This document shows, one piece after another, positions 37,008-50,130 of a stretch of DNA of 64,000 nt. Below the pieces are notes generated by a model. The model did no database searches. It saw only the letters and a program-made list of their open reading frames with translations, and was not told where the DNA came from. How positions within the stretch are numbered: position 1 is the stretch's first letter; each line of letters opens with the position of its first letter. The stretch is from Paecilomyces variotii (taxonomy: Eukaryota): NCBI GenBank assembly GCA_004022145.1, contig RCNU01000013.1; one strand, written 5' to 3'. A program made the position numbers and the translations under genes.

Positions 37008-38759
37008 ATGTTCGACGACGAAGCGGTCGTGGGTGCCTCCGTGGACGCACCGCGGAACAGATCGCGGAGGTATAATCCCTGGACAATGTTTTCATGCAAT
37101 GGGTTTATAGTCTGAAGGCGTTGGGCTAACCACTGGTCCCTTTAATAGGCGCCTATTGAGAGGAAAGCGAGACAATGGATATCAAGGCTCAGCGAGCTGG
37201 ATCAGCAGCGTTATCAACCTGCTTAATACCAGTATGGATCTGACGACCCTATAGGGGTTGATTGCATGATGCTGATTCTGTGTTTAGTCGTCGGTGCTGG
37301 TGTCCTAGCAATGCCCCTTGCCATGTCCCATTTCGGAATTGTCCCTGGTATCTGCGTTATAATCTGGTCGGGAATGGCGTCTGGATTGGGCCTCTATCTG
37401 CAGGCTAGATGTGCACAGTACTTGGACAGAGGCTCTGCGTCATTCTTTGCCTTGTCTCAGATTACCTATCCGAATGCCTCCGTCATCTTCGATGCAGCCA
37501 TTGCCATCAAATGTTTCGGTGTCGGTGTGAGCTATCTTATAATTATTGGGGATCTTATGCCTGGAGTGGTAGAGGGCTTCTTAGGGAGTGCTCCTGAACA
37601 TGACTTTCTGGCGCATAGGCAGTTTTGGATCACCGCGTTTATGTTCGTTCGAACAATCCTGGCAACTAAAGTGCTCGCGCTGACGAAAGTTCCAGGTTGG
37701 TTGTCATCCCGCTCGCTTTTCTGAGACGACTGGACTCTCTCAAATACACCAGTATCATCGCTCTGGTATCCATTGGATATTTGGTGATCCTGGTGCTATA
37801 CCATTTCATCAAAGCAGATACGATTGCTGATCGTGGACCGATCCGGGTGTTCAAGTGGGGAGGCCCTCTTCCTGCCTTGAGCAGCTTCCCCGTTATCGTG
37901 TTCGCATATACATGCCACCAGAACGTACGTTCAAATCACCTTTAACGGATACTTGACTCTAACATTCTTATAGATGTTTTCCATCTTGAATGAGATCAGC
38001 AACAACAGCCATTTCAGAACCACCGGTGTTGTTTTTGCGAGTATCGGCAGTGCAGCCTCGACCTATATCCTAGTGGCCATCACCGGATACCTCTCTTTCG
38101 GGAACAGCATCGGCGGTAACATTATCGCCATGTATGCGCCTTCCGTATCAGCTACGATTGGACGTGCTGCGATTGTTGTTCTAGTCATGTTCTCATATCC
38201 GCTGCAGGCCCATCCGTGCCGTGCGTCTGTCGATGCTGTCCTGAAATGGCGGTGGAAGTCAAGAGGATCCAATGGCAACGAGGTGTCACCTCATCGTCAC
38301 CCGCTTCTAGGACCACGTGGAAACCGACCTGCTGAGCCCATGAGCGATCTTCGTTTTGCGGTCATTACGACTATTATCATCATTTTGAGCTACATCACAG
38401 CCATGACCGTGACTTCTCTAGAGGCTGTGCTGGCGTACGTTGGAAGTACGGGAAGCACAAGCATCAGCTTCATCCTGCCTGGATTGTTTTATTATAAGAT
38501 CTCCTCGCCCGAGTCAGACACACACCAGCGCCTCATGAAAGAGGACGACGAAGCGGAATCTGCCTCAGAGGACGATGGAGAAGAGAGTGGAGAAGGCCTC
38601 CTAGCGAGCTCTCTGACGTCCAGCGGCATCCTTCGTCGTGGCAAGCGCCAATGGAAAAAAGCTGTCCTCCGGAAGCTGAGCTTAGCCCTTGCCATCTATG
38701 GTGTCGTGGTCATGATCGTTTGTTTGATTACCAACACGTTCTTTATTGCCTCGCATTGA
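37008..38759 (+). CDS. Vacuolar amino acid transporter (Avt5/6/7, Aa_trans family)
   Basis: SSVINLLNT/VGAGVLAMP, AIAIKCFGVGVSYLIIIGD, FAYTCHQN, MFSYPLQ, GSTGSTSISFILPG; multiple TM segments, four introns. Confidence 0.92.
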
Positions 38760-39613
38760 TATACAGTCTCCTGTACGGATTCTCGACAAGTCGAAACATA
38801 TGATTGGGATTAAGAGATTAGAGTACACCGATTCAGTGGCTATATCCAGCATTGATCCATAGCCACGAGACCACGAATTCGACTGCCTACGAGCAGATCT
38901 TTAACGACAATGCACCGGCGTCCGGGAAGTGGCCTATGAAGTTTCTATGATTTGCTCTTGCTTCCATGAGCGCTCTTTTATACCTTAATTTCTAAATTTG
39001 GATAAAAGCTTCGATCCTAAACTACAAAGAGTTGTGCAGGCTTGCAGGATTTTCTCTACTTGGGTTTTCTACAGGGCTTTTTTCATGTCCTTTTTTTTCT
39101 TTTTTTTGGTTTTTCAGATTTGGCATGTTCCTGGCTAGGAGATCGCTTTTGCTCATTTTGTTCGGTCTGATGTTTACCTTTTTCTAGGTTTTCTCTTTTG
39201 TCTACTCGTATTTCTGTACATATTCTACTCATGATGACCTTTTATTCTCTTGGCAGGATTCGAATTGTTATTGACTTCAAGCTCCTATTCATCGCTATAA
39301 TGCCAGCTGGCCACCTGATCAACTGATAGTAGACTCAACTCTGTTCACTTAAGACCCGTTAAATGAGTTTAGTGGAACACTAATCTTGTATTCGGCTTAA
39401 AAGAGTGTATGCAGGAATGAACACCTGGTACAGACGCAGAGTCAACGATTACAATTACCATGAAAAAGGAACTGGTGGTTTGTTCATAGCTTCCCAGAAA
39501 AAAAAGGAAACAACGCACTGAAAGAGAAACAATAAGTAATTCGTACACAAATCAAACTGCTTAACTGGGTCTGCTGATAGAATCAGTTAACGCGGCTGAA
39601 TGGAGATGTGGAA

Positions 39614-40556
39614 TCAGTTCTGGTTCTGGCTGTTGAGAATACGGAGAATGGAGAGGAAGAGGTTGAGGACGTCAAGGTAGAGGGAGATGGCGGCTGCGAT
39701 CTCCTCCTCGACGTGGTAGTGGCGCATGACAAGTTGGGTGTCAACCAGGATGTATCCTGAGAAGATAATCGCGGCGACAGCACCGTACGCCAGTTCGACC
39801 TTGCTGTTCATCGGGAAGAACGCGGCCATGAAGCCGAAGATGATGAGGATCCATAGCGCACCAAAAAGGTACGGGATCCAGCTCGTGAAGTCATATTTGG
39901 TCTGGCACGCGAAAAGAGTCAAAGCAACAAAGATGCCAAGGGTGATGACGAGGGCCTCGACGACGACTCGGGCATCGTAGAAGGATGTCACCACGCTGAT
40001 AGCGTAGGCCTCCAGCCCTGTAAAGACTGAGAGGAAGAGGAGGTTCGTAGGGTAACTCTTGCGCTTCCAGTACGTAAGGAGCATGAATCCGATCGCTCCA
40101 AACAGGGACACGAACATCAGCCATGAGTTCGTCTGGATCCAGTTCCGGTAGCGGTCACTGAAGAAAGACACCGAACTCAGGATAGTGGTGAGAAGGATCT
40201 GAACAGTTCTATAAAAAGAAAAGATGTTAGATTCTGTTCCAAAGGAGGATTTTATTTATTCAACGCCTTGAGCGGTACTTACAAGATAGAGTAGACCTTG
40301 CGGACGAATTGCATCCGGATGGGTAGAGTCGCCTCCGCAACGGTACCACCGAACTATGCGACGTTTCTGTCAGCCATCTTATCCAAACCACATCCTTAAA
40401 AAGAGATCATACCTTGAAATCGTCTGGCACATTATCATCCTCATCCCGGGGAGCAGCGCTGTAATCCGCTGTTGCCTCATACGATGGCGGGGCGTATCCG
40501 TGTCCCTCGAGGGAGTCCCGCTGGGGAGCGGGCTCGTATCTTGTATTCGCAGCCAT
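39614..40556 (-). CDS. bxi1: Bax inhibitor-1 family (TMBIM) protein
   Basis: MAANTRYEPAPQRD, PDDFK/FGG, IRMQFVRKVYSIL, YPTNLLFL, QTKYDF, ILVDTQ, SLYLDVLNLFLSILRIL. Two introns. Confidence 0.93.
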
Positions 40557-41578
40557 CTTCGTGTCTGTATGTACCTGACGGATCCTATCCTTCGTCTGGG
40601 TATCACTTGGTTGCCTGTCTGTTGTAAGTAGATGGATGGGAGAGTGTTCTTCAGCTGGGGCTAGATAGTTAGACTAGGAAACTGACTGACATCCGCAGCC
40701 GCCAGAGGCATGACGCGCATCACGTGGCAGCGCGTGGAAGAGCTGCCCTCGAGCACGTGATCCGTCTAGCACTTTCTGCCGCAGATCACAGGTCAGGTGA
40801 CCTGGTGCTGGATGTGGGATGGCGGTAAGTCAGTTACATGTAACTGCACAGTGTACCATCACACTCGTATGGCATGAACATCACCCCGCCATGGTGTTTC
40901 ATCTCCCTGCTTTCCAGCAGGCCCTGGGCTGAGCTAAAGCAAGGATATATCACTCAATTTGATTATCTGTTGCTCATACCATCCTATACTGATGTCCTGC
41001 TGCTCATCTACTTCGGAATTACCTCATGTGGGGTACATTGTACGCAGCTACATGAGACGGACGACTGTCAGGCAACCCTCGCGCTTAGCTCCTTCGCGCA
41101 TTCTGTGAGCATGTTAGCTGGAGTTCGGACGCAGCTCTCAATGGCTATTTCAAGTCACCGACAAGAAAAGCCCAGGGCCCCTGGTCTGTCGCGTGCAGTG
41201 AGGATCGGTCTCGCTAGATTACGGAGTCTAGGCTTCTAGTCCAGTCAGCCCAAGCTCCCCATGCGGGCCCTCTTCGTAGAGACTACCGAGTGGGCGGAGC
41301 TATCCACGACTACCTGACCTACCTGGAAACCTATATATGAAGCAGAGCCAGCCAGCTCCTGCGACTCTTGCATCTAGAGGTCAAATGCACATGACTACCA
41401 TTTTGGCAGACATCCGCCGATATTTCCCTCGAGGTGAAGTTTGCCTATCAAGGGGACATCGTCTCCGAAACAGTAAGCGTACGTACTCGCGTGCAATCCC
41501 CCGCCTTAAAAAGGCTTTACGGGGGCGGTCTGAGAATGACGTCTCTTTGCAGTCTGAGATGGTTCAACCTGGCACAGC

Positions 41579-43203
41579 ATGAGCCAAGCAGTGAGACCGT
41601 CGGATCAAGGGTCGCCGGAAACTATCATTGCTGGACAGCCGATTACGGAAGAGACTCCGTGGTTCCTACGGACAGATCATGAAGCTGAAGTGCTCTACGA
41701 CACCGAGAATGGCGTATCCACCGTGAAAGCTGGCCGATTGAGCGGCCTGGTGGAATACTTGACGCGCCATGACCAGCTCGATACTTCCTTTAACCACGAT
41801 TTCCTCCTCACGTACCGGTCCTTCACGTCTTCTGCAGAGCTCTTTGAGATGCTAGTTCAACGGTTTAACATTGAGCCGCCAGCAGGGTTGACCCATGCGG
41901 AGTTGCAAGTATGGACTCAGCAGAAGCAGAAGCTGATTCGAATTCGGGTGATCAACATCTTAAAACGCTGGCTTGAGCAGTTCTGGGTCGAACCAGATGA
42001 CGAGACGACCGAAATTCTACTGGATAAGATTCGCACCTTTGCAGAAGCTTCAGTTCCTACGGGTCAAACCCCAGCATCACAAGCACTTCTCGCAGTGATT
42101 GAGCAGCGACGTCGAAAGGAGGGCATGACTACCAGTCCGAGAGTCTCCATGCATAATGTGAACATGCCAGCGCCGCTTCTTCCAAAGAAAATGAAGAAAT
42201 TGAAACTGGTGGAAATAAACCCTATCGAGATTGCGCGGCAGTTAACTCTCATTGAGTTCCAATTATACAGCAAAATCCGGCTTGATGAATGCTTGAATAA
42301 AGCATGGCAGAAAAAGGCAGATGCTGGGGCACGGGAGCCTGCTCCCAATATCAGAGCATTGATTCATCATTCCAATCAACTCGCTAACTGGGTTGGAGGA
42401 ATGATTCTCGCCAAGGATGACCTGAAGAAGCGTGTACGGGTGATCAAGCATTTTGTGGAAGTTGCAGATGTACGAATTCTCTCGCACCACCACTTGGTCC
42501 TGTCACTGACTTGTATATAGGCGTGCCGTTCCATGAAGAATTACTCAACTGCGATCTCTATTATTTCAGGGCTTGGGACAGCTCCGGTATATCGACTCGG
42601 TCGGACTTGGTCCCAAGTCAGCGAACGCACTTGCGCAGTATTGGAACCGGTACGGCAACTGGTGGCAAGCACTAAAAACTTTTATGAGTACCGTGAGACG
42701 TTGCGCCTGGCCAATCCACCTTGTATTCCTTTTCTGGGTACGTGCTTTCATCGCCAGACACTTCTTCCTTTCGGCCGTGACCAGTTCCAGTCTCTTTTTC
42801 AGTTTCTCTTTTGTGTGGATTGATCGAATCCTATTCTCCTGCTGATGACCCTGTTTGCAACTCAGGAGTCTACCTTATGGACCTCACATTCATTGAGGAC
42901 GGAAATCCATCCTTGACACCTTCAGGGATGGTCAACTTCAGCAAACGCAGAAAGGCAGCTGCAGTCATCCGAGATATTCAACGATTTCAAACTTCGCCGT
43001 TTCTCTTCAAGCCCGTCCCTGAGCTGCAGGAGTTTATCGTCGGCAATCTCCAAGCCGCTCGCGATGTTAACGAAATGCATGAGCGAAGCCTGCAGCTGGA
43101 GCCAAGAACGCCGCAGGAGGAGAACAATGGTGGTGAGGTGCCGTATGTCTCCACCGGCAGCCATATGAGTGCATTCTTGATGGCCAGTATGGCGATGCGA
43201 TAA
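41579..43203 (+). CDS. Ras guanine nucleotide exchange factor (REM + CDC25 domains)
   Basis: VKAGRLSGLVEYLT, FLLTYRSF, RVINILKRW, EIARQLT, NYSTAISIISGL, PCIPFLG/VYLMDLTFIEDGNP, VNFSKR. Introns at about 42469-42520 and 42738-42865. Confidence 0.88.
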
Positions 43204-44552
43204 CCGCAATGAGCTACGATGGGCACCCACGGCGTTTTTTGGTGCGGGCGTTTTCAAAGTTTCCTACTAGCGATACCCAGAAACTGTTAGGAAGTAGTCG
43301 AAATACTTTATTGGATTCTTTTTCCTATGTGCGCGGATCTCCCTCGATCCATTTCGATCGTCGTCCAGTCAATAGCTCTGGCCCGCATTTGGCGCCACGG
43401 AGTTGCTCGAAAGTTTAGCATTCGGTGTCCCACCACCAACGGTTAAACTCTTTCGCGTCACAAGCTGCTCGAACTGCTCAAACCCAACCTCCCAACATGC
43501 GCATCTACTCGATGACTGGTCGGGTAGATATTAATCGGGACAGTGATTGTACGCGTAGTGCTTGTCATTGTCATCCTGTAGTTTCTGCGGAAAGAAGCGC
43601 ACTGTACGCATCTGCAATCGCGGCGCAGTTCCCTTCGCCCTTGTTACTTAGCCCCCACGGTCTTTGTCCCGCACGGCTCCGATATTCGACTGTATCAAAC
43701 CTCATAGCTTGATTTTTCTATAGGCTGGATGCCACCGAAACCTTTTTCCCATCAGTAGAAAATTAGCAGCGCCGCAAAAAAAAAAGAACACACGCACACA
43801 CACACGCGCCATCCCTCCCTGTACATACATACGTACGACAATCCAATCCCTCCATCCGGAACTCACTACTGCTGATGGATGCTTATGCATACCAAACTCC
43901 GATATCGCATATAATCCAACAACAACTTTCTGGATCTACACCACCTCAAAGCTCAAACCCCTCACAGCCACTCAGAAATCACCCCGGCCCTACCTATTTC
44001 CCAGAAGGCAACTACTTAACTAGACCCGTTCCAAGGATCCTGAACTGAACGAAGAATGCATTAGTTTCGCGTTAAAACCTTAAAAGACCGATAATAATTA
44101 CATGAGAAGAGGGAGGAAAGAAAGCTGTGCTCATGACGGCATAATATGCACACGTATACAGCGTATATGAGATGTATGTATGTATGTATGTACTCCGTAC
44201 ATCTACTATACTATACTGTACATGAATGTATGCATGTATTGTACGGTCTCGGAAACACACACACATATCCCTGTACTTTGTTCCGGGGGTATGTTCTCTA
44301 TTGTGTGTGCTATTTGAGCAAATTTTTGAACAGAGCCCATACTTATAGTGAGCAAGTGAGTTGTTGCTTTGAGGGGTACGTAAAATCATTTAAGAACTAA
44401 GTAGAGGTCCGGATCTCATGTGAAATCATTATCGAGGAAACGTAAAAATAAAAGTAATATTTTTCCACATCTGAAATAGGCTAGAAAGTTGGGTTTTCGT
44501 ATATACTTCGATTTTGATATTTCAGGGGGTTATAATTGTGCAAACCTAAAAG

Positions 44553-44610
<58 letters not shown>

Positions 44611-44676
44611 AAAGAAAAAGAAAAAGAAAAGGAAGAAAAAGAAAAGGAAGAAGAAGAAAAGGGGAAAAGAAAAAAC
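44553..44676. repeat. About 56-nt poly(A) followed by a purine-only tract
   Basis: Uninterrupted A run 44553-44608, then an A/G-only tract. Confidence 0.9.
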
Positions 44677-44866
44677 TGTATACACCATCGCAACAGCGAG
44701 GAAAATTAACAACGACAAGGAATCATCCTGCGGACCAATTGTGAACATAATTTGGATATATATAATACCTCCCATAGATACATACCAGAGCCACTTTTCG
44801 GATACATAGTTCGTATAGTCATTAGATAGAGATAAAAAAAAAAGAAGAAGAAATGGGGGAACTGCT

Positions 44867-46885
44867 TCAGATGACGACGCCCTTATTCTGCTTCCTATCA
44901 AGACGATAGTTTTTCCAGACCCCAATGGCAGGAAATCCCAGAGCCAAGATGGCTGTGGCGGCAATACATGCGTCTCGCATGTAAATACTCCATGCGTAGT
45001 CGATGGCAGTTCTGATTTCTGAACCCAGCGGGTATAGCTCTTGCTTGACGTAGCCGCCTGCATAGATAGCGATGGCCTCGGCTTTCGCATCGGCAGGAAG
45101 CGCCTCGGTAAGGGCATCCACAAATGTGTTCGAGTATATAGCGGCTGAGACGGCGTAACCGATTGCGCTGCCGAGGCTAGAGAACAGACTGAGCATGGAG
45201 AGCATCATGGGGACGCCTTCGCGGTCTGCAGCTGCCATAACTGCCATATCTTGTCCGATGACAAGGGTGCCGCCAGCAAAGGCGATGAAGATCTGACACA
45301 TAACGATGTAGCCGATCCCGCTGTGGGAGGATGGAGATGTATTCTTGTCGTCGATTATATAGCCCTGGCCGCGGAAATGGATCATTAGGCCCACACCGAG
45401 GATGAGAAGCGGGAGGCCAAATCCAAGACATAAGTATTTGAACTGTCGCGTTACACGGACAGCAATACCGAACAGGACGGACCAGAAGCAGGAGCCGACG
45501 TTGTAGATTTGTCCAATGTAGCCAGCCATCCCGACCGAGAGGCGGAAGACGACGATACAGAAGCTGAAAAGGTACAGATCCCAACAGTAGAAGCTCAAGA
45601 ACATGATGGCGGCGAGGCAGCACGCGCCGACCACGGTGCGTTCTTTGAACAGTTCGTACCGGATGAAATGTGTGCGTGCGCCAAAGCGTTCCCATGCAGC
45701 GAAAACGAAGAATAAGCAGAATCCGATGATTACCATTGCGATAAAAGTGGCACTTTTATACTCTGCACGACCATAGCTGGTCAGGCTAAATGGGAGCAGG
45801 ATCAAGATGAATGCAGCCATGAGGAGGAAGGCGCCAATGACTAGAATAACCAACTGTCAGAAAGGTAAGGGATAAATTAGGTGAGATCTCCACATACGAT
45901 CAAACTCATGAATATAATGGATCACGGATTCCATCATCGTGCGTCCACTTGGCCGGCGAGGGTAGATGCCCATTCTCTCAGCCTTGCGCTGATAGAGCTT
46001 GAAGATCAGAGCGACTGGAAGAAAGACGACAGGGATGATGATGGCGAAGGCGCCGTACGCCCAACGCCAGGACGCCGTCTTCAAGAACGACTGCGCTGCC
46101 AAAGGACCGGTGAATGCGGTACAGATAAAAGGCGTACTGGCAAACGCAAAGGCGAACGCCCGGTTGCGCAGGCCGGAGGTATCGGCGACAAAGACGTCCA
46201 GGATCAAATATAAGGCATCATATCCAACCCAGTAAAGAGTGTATCCTGCTGCATAGGAATTCGGACCATTGCACGATGCTAGAATAATGATACCAATCAA
46301 GTAGACCGCAAGTGAGATTAAGAACCCTTCGCATCGGCCCCAGAGGTTCAGGGTTCTAGCTACCGGAAGCTTCATGACTCCTGCAACGATGTTTGATAAG
46401 ATATTGGCCGTGCTGACTTGAGGTGCTGCGGAAAAGGTCGAATAGGCATTTTGGATGATGCTGCTGCTAATTGAGGACTGGAGGGCTAGCATGAAGAAGG
46501 CCAACCAGATCCTGTGGTTGATCCCAATCGTTAGAACCGACTTCACCTAATTCTGTATTAGGGCCGATATCATTGTCCATGCTTACATCGCATAAGTCCC
46601 ATAAGCAGCTTTCTTACTCCAAGCCAGTGCCGCAGCCTCTGCTTTCTGGACACCTGGTTGAGCTCGCCGTGTTGTCGTGCCATCCGTCTCACCGTAGGAA
46701 TGACGGTTAATCTCCGTGTTATTCGACTGTGCCTCTGAGCTCACAGTCGTAGAATTGATCTCAAAATCGTTCCCGGATAGTCCATCTTTCTCGTCTTTGA
46801 ATTTGAAAGTAGAGTCTCTCGACCCCACTATATTCCTGACAGTTCGAGTATCGTTCCTCCCTCGAACGACGTCGAGCACACCCAT
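44867..46885 (-). CDS. Siderophore-iron transporter (MFS SIT/ARN family, MirB-like)
   Basis: [75 protein letters not shown]. Two introns. Confidence 0.9.
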
Positions 46886-47344
46886 AGTGGCGGAAAAGGA
46901 ATCACTAGTTATCTTCACGCCTTATTAGGCAGCGAACAACTGACTCGTCCTGCGCTGAATACTCGAATAGTAGTGATGTCTGCGTGTTCAGATCCAGACG
47001 GGCAGAATCGCACGAGGGACATCGACAGTTACATTTAATCGACTACATGTTTCGGCCAAAGCCGACACGGGCCTGCACCCAAATGGCCCCAAGACTCGGG
47101 GATCGTTCCATCCACCAGGGCCATGGCCGGGGTTGATCGCACGACACCGGGGATGGCCGGGCATAACGGCCTGTCATGATGGCCATTAGCACATGAAATC
47201 CACCAAGCACGACACTAAGGCGTTAGTTATGTCGTAGTCGAGAGGCCGAGTCACGTACATGGGTCACTTGCAGCGTCCAGCCTTGACCACTCATGGTTAC
47301 ACTGAGCTGGGGTGGGAAATTAGACCGTCGAGACACTCACGGGT

Positions 47345-47375
47345 CGGATCAGATAACGGGAACGGATCAGATAAC
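47345..47375. promoter_or_regulatory. Tandem SreA-type GATA boxes (ATCWGATAA)
   Basis: CGGATCAGATAAC repeated at 47345 and 47363, about 460-490 bp upstream of the transporter ATG. Confidence 0.75.
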
Positions 47376-48070
47376 TAACTCATCTGGCTGGGGCTGTCCG
47401 ATTCTTTCCATCGCTGTTCATATTGATACGTCCCTGATACCAAGCGTTGGGTAACTTTTCTTTCTGGTCTGCGTGGGATTTCAATTTTCGATTTCTCCAC
47501 CAGCCACGCGCCGAGCGCGGCATCCTCATTTTAAGCATCGTGAAGCTCCGTCGAGGTGGGCGAACTTGTCGTCATGAGGGGCCCCAAAAAGACTCAGGCT
47601 TTCCTTTTTGCCCTTAGACGGCCCCAGTATATACGAGGAATGTGTACCATAAACCGCTGCCTGCTTTCTTTTTCTTTTTATTTTTTTTATTTTTTTCCTT
47701 TCGTCCCATCGGTAGAAATTCCTGCATTGAGCTCAAAGTGTGGCTAGCCCATTCGAATCTCCTGCCAGGATCACGATCAGAACGTGAATATCATCTACCA
47801 CCATCCCAGAGGACCTTGACTTACCGATTTCAGAGGAGGACCGAGGCATTGTGCCACACTCGCAGGGTAGAGGACCCAAGGGACATAATAGGATCGATCG
47901 GGGTCCATCAACCCGCATGACGAAGAACTTCCTAATTAAATTTACCACTTAAGCACGGAACAAGCCGATCCTACTCCATCTGGATCTGGTTCCGTGCACC
48001 ATCGTCGACTAAAATGCGCTTGGTGTCGGACAAGAATGACTCGAGTGGGTAACTCAACACGTGGCTCAGG

Positions 48071-48079
48071 ATCAGATAA
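48071..48079. promoter_or_regulatory. Third ATCAGATAA SreA-type box
   Basis: GGATCAGATAAG, the same core as the tandem pair. Confidence 0.55.
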
Positions 48080-50130
48080 GATCAAACTTCAATAGAGAAG
48101 AAAAAAAGGAAAAAGAAAAGGAAATTAAACTAGAAAAAAATGAAAACTCTAATTCACCGAGGATCGGAGGTGTGCCTGCGTCTGCGTGCATCCCTCGCCC
48201 ACACACACTCGTTCTCCTTCTCCCTTTCTACTCGGACTAACAGGGGGAAAGAGAAAAAAAAAAAGAAAAAGAAAAAAAGAAGTGAGTGACCACATGAGTT
48301 TGTCTCATATTGCTAAATGACACCTCCGAAACTTAAAAGGGATTGCACAGTGTACTACTAATAATACACCTACGTACTTTAAATCCACGTCCGCTACCGA
48401 AAAAGAAAACAGTCAATGCACGCTGAATGCACATATAGCTCCGCAAGCTTATTGTTTAGATATGGAGAAAGCAACAATTATTCTCGAAGTTCGGGACTAT
48501 GGCGACTGAGCTCATGAGTCTCGGCTGCAATACTACACCGGCATATTATGCTAAAGCTGATTTTACTTAACAAATAGACGGACTAAGTAAATGTTTGACG
48601 TGGTAAATTGAATCTACATTCCCACCGAGACCCCAACAAGAGCAAGTATATAGTTATTCGATATTCTAATATCTCCAACTACGTACCGTAAAGCCACAAT
48701 GCGTTATCATTTCTCAGTTATTTCCCTATATCCTACCCATGCGCGTAGTAAGCCGTGTAAATATCTCCATTTGACTCCTTGTTCTACGTATACAATTTCC
48801 TTTTCACGTGCACAAGAACTAAACTATAGGAGCCTCTACAAGGGAAAGTCATCACGATAACATATCTTCTATTCACCTGACCGTATCAATGAAGTCAACA
48901 TATAACTAACATCCCCGGTGGACCGTACTGAATGAAGACCTTTTGTTCCCTCGGAGTGAACCCATGTAAAAAAAAAAGGGTTTATTGTCACGATATGCTC
49001 AGCAGTCTTGGAGCTGATACTCCACATTTCCAATCGCGCTCTGGCGTCTTCTAAAATGGCCTGGTACAGACTTCCCTTCGCACCACCGCATCAACGTGGA
49101 ACAGGCAATGTTTATATCTGATCTTGTCGGCTAATGATCCCTTTTCAGACTGGGAACATGTCTGTAAAGATAGCCATTATAAACAGCCAGGACGGTCAGT
49201 GACACTCCATCATCCATGGGACAGTCCAGCCAAGTCTTAATCAGTGCACCAGAAGGCCCAGGGTAGTGGGAGAGACACTTCTTAGAGCGGCAGTGACGAA
49301 TCTTATCACACAGACATAGAAGTTGCAAATACGCTTGAATCGAGCCATTATGAATCAGCTTATTATTACTATCTAACGCATTCGTGAGACCGTTATTCTA
49401 GTCTACTATTCTTCGACGGGTGTCCCTAAATACTTGCCGTAACAAGTACATATGCGACCCTTAACATGCACAGGGACTTACAAGGAACGAGATTAGTGAT
49501 TGTGTGATGACAATATTTCCATTTGATGGGATTGCAGTTCGAATACCGAATACACAAGAATCTGGATCTGAATATTGTTCATGGGCAAGATTTAATAGCG
49601 TCTTCATAAAGTATACGCTCCAGAACGCTGGGATTCTAGTTTTACCATTTCCTTAACCTTGCAACAATTATACTTGATGATCACCGTCCAATATTGCCAT
49701 TTATCGAGTTGCAAATGTATAAGTGACATCAACAATCTGCTATCAGCATAACCGAGTCTTGCTCAACTGTCCTTGACTTCACGTGAAAGAATGTTTCGGT
49801 AATAGGCGGCTATCTCCTCCGCGGCTACCGAGGTCCCTGTTCTATGTCACATACAATCGGTCAACCGCAACGACCAATAATACGTCGTTGTCAACTAACT
49901 ACTATGTTCTTTCTTGCTGTTGGTTCTGTAACAGTAAGTGAAAGTTAATGTAGAGGAACTTGGTCCTTGTTTGTCTAAATCTGCAAGGATATTAGTTATT
50001 GAGGAATACATTATCTAAATTCCTAGCTATATATACTTCTCGGAAAGCCAGACTGGTTATCCAGGATTCCAGAGACTATTTATTCATGAACCATGTCCGT
50101 GATCATCAAAAGAGCCAGCAATACCATCAT

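Noticed and set aside
44481-45123. Poly-Lys and poly-Phe ORFs
   Set aside because: Translation artefacts of the poly(A) tract.
48800-49400. Possible pseudogene upstream of the siderophore transporter
   Set aside because: Only short fragments with no recognisable motif; cannot support a call.
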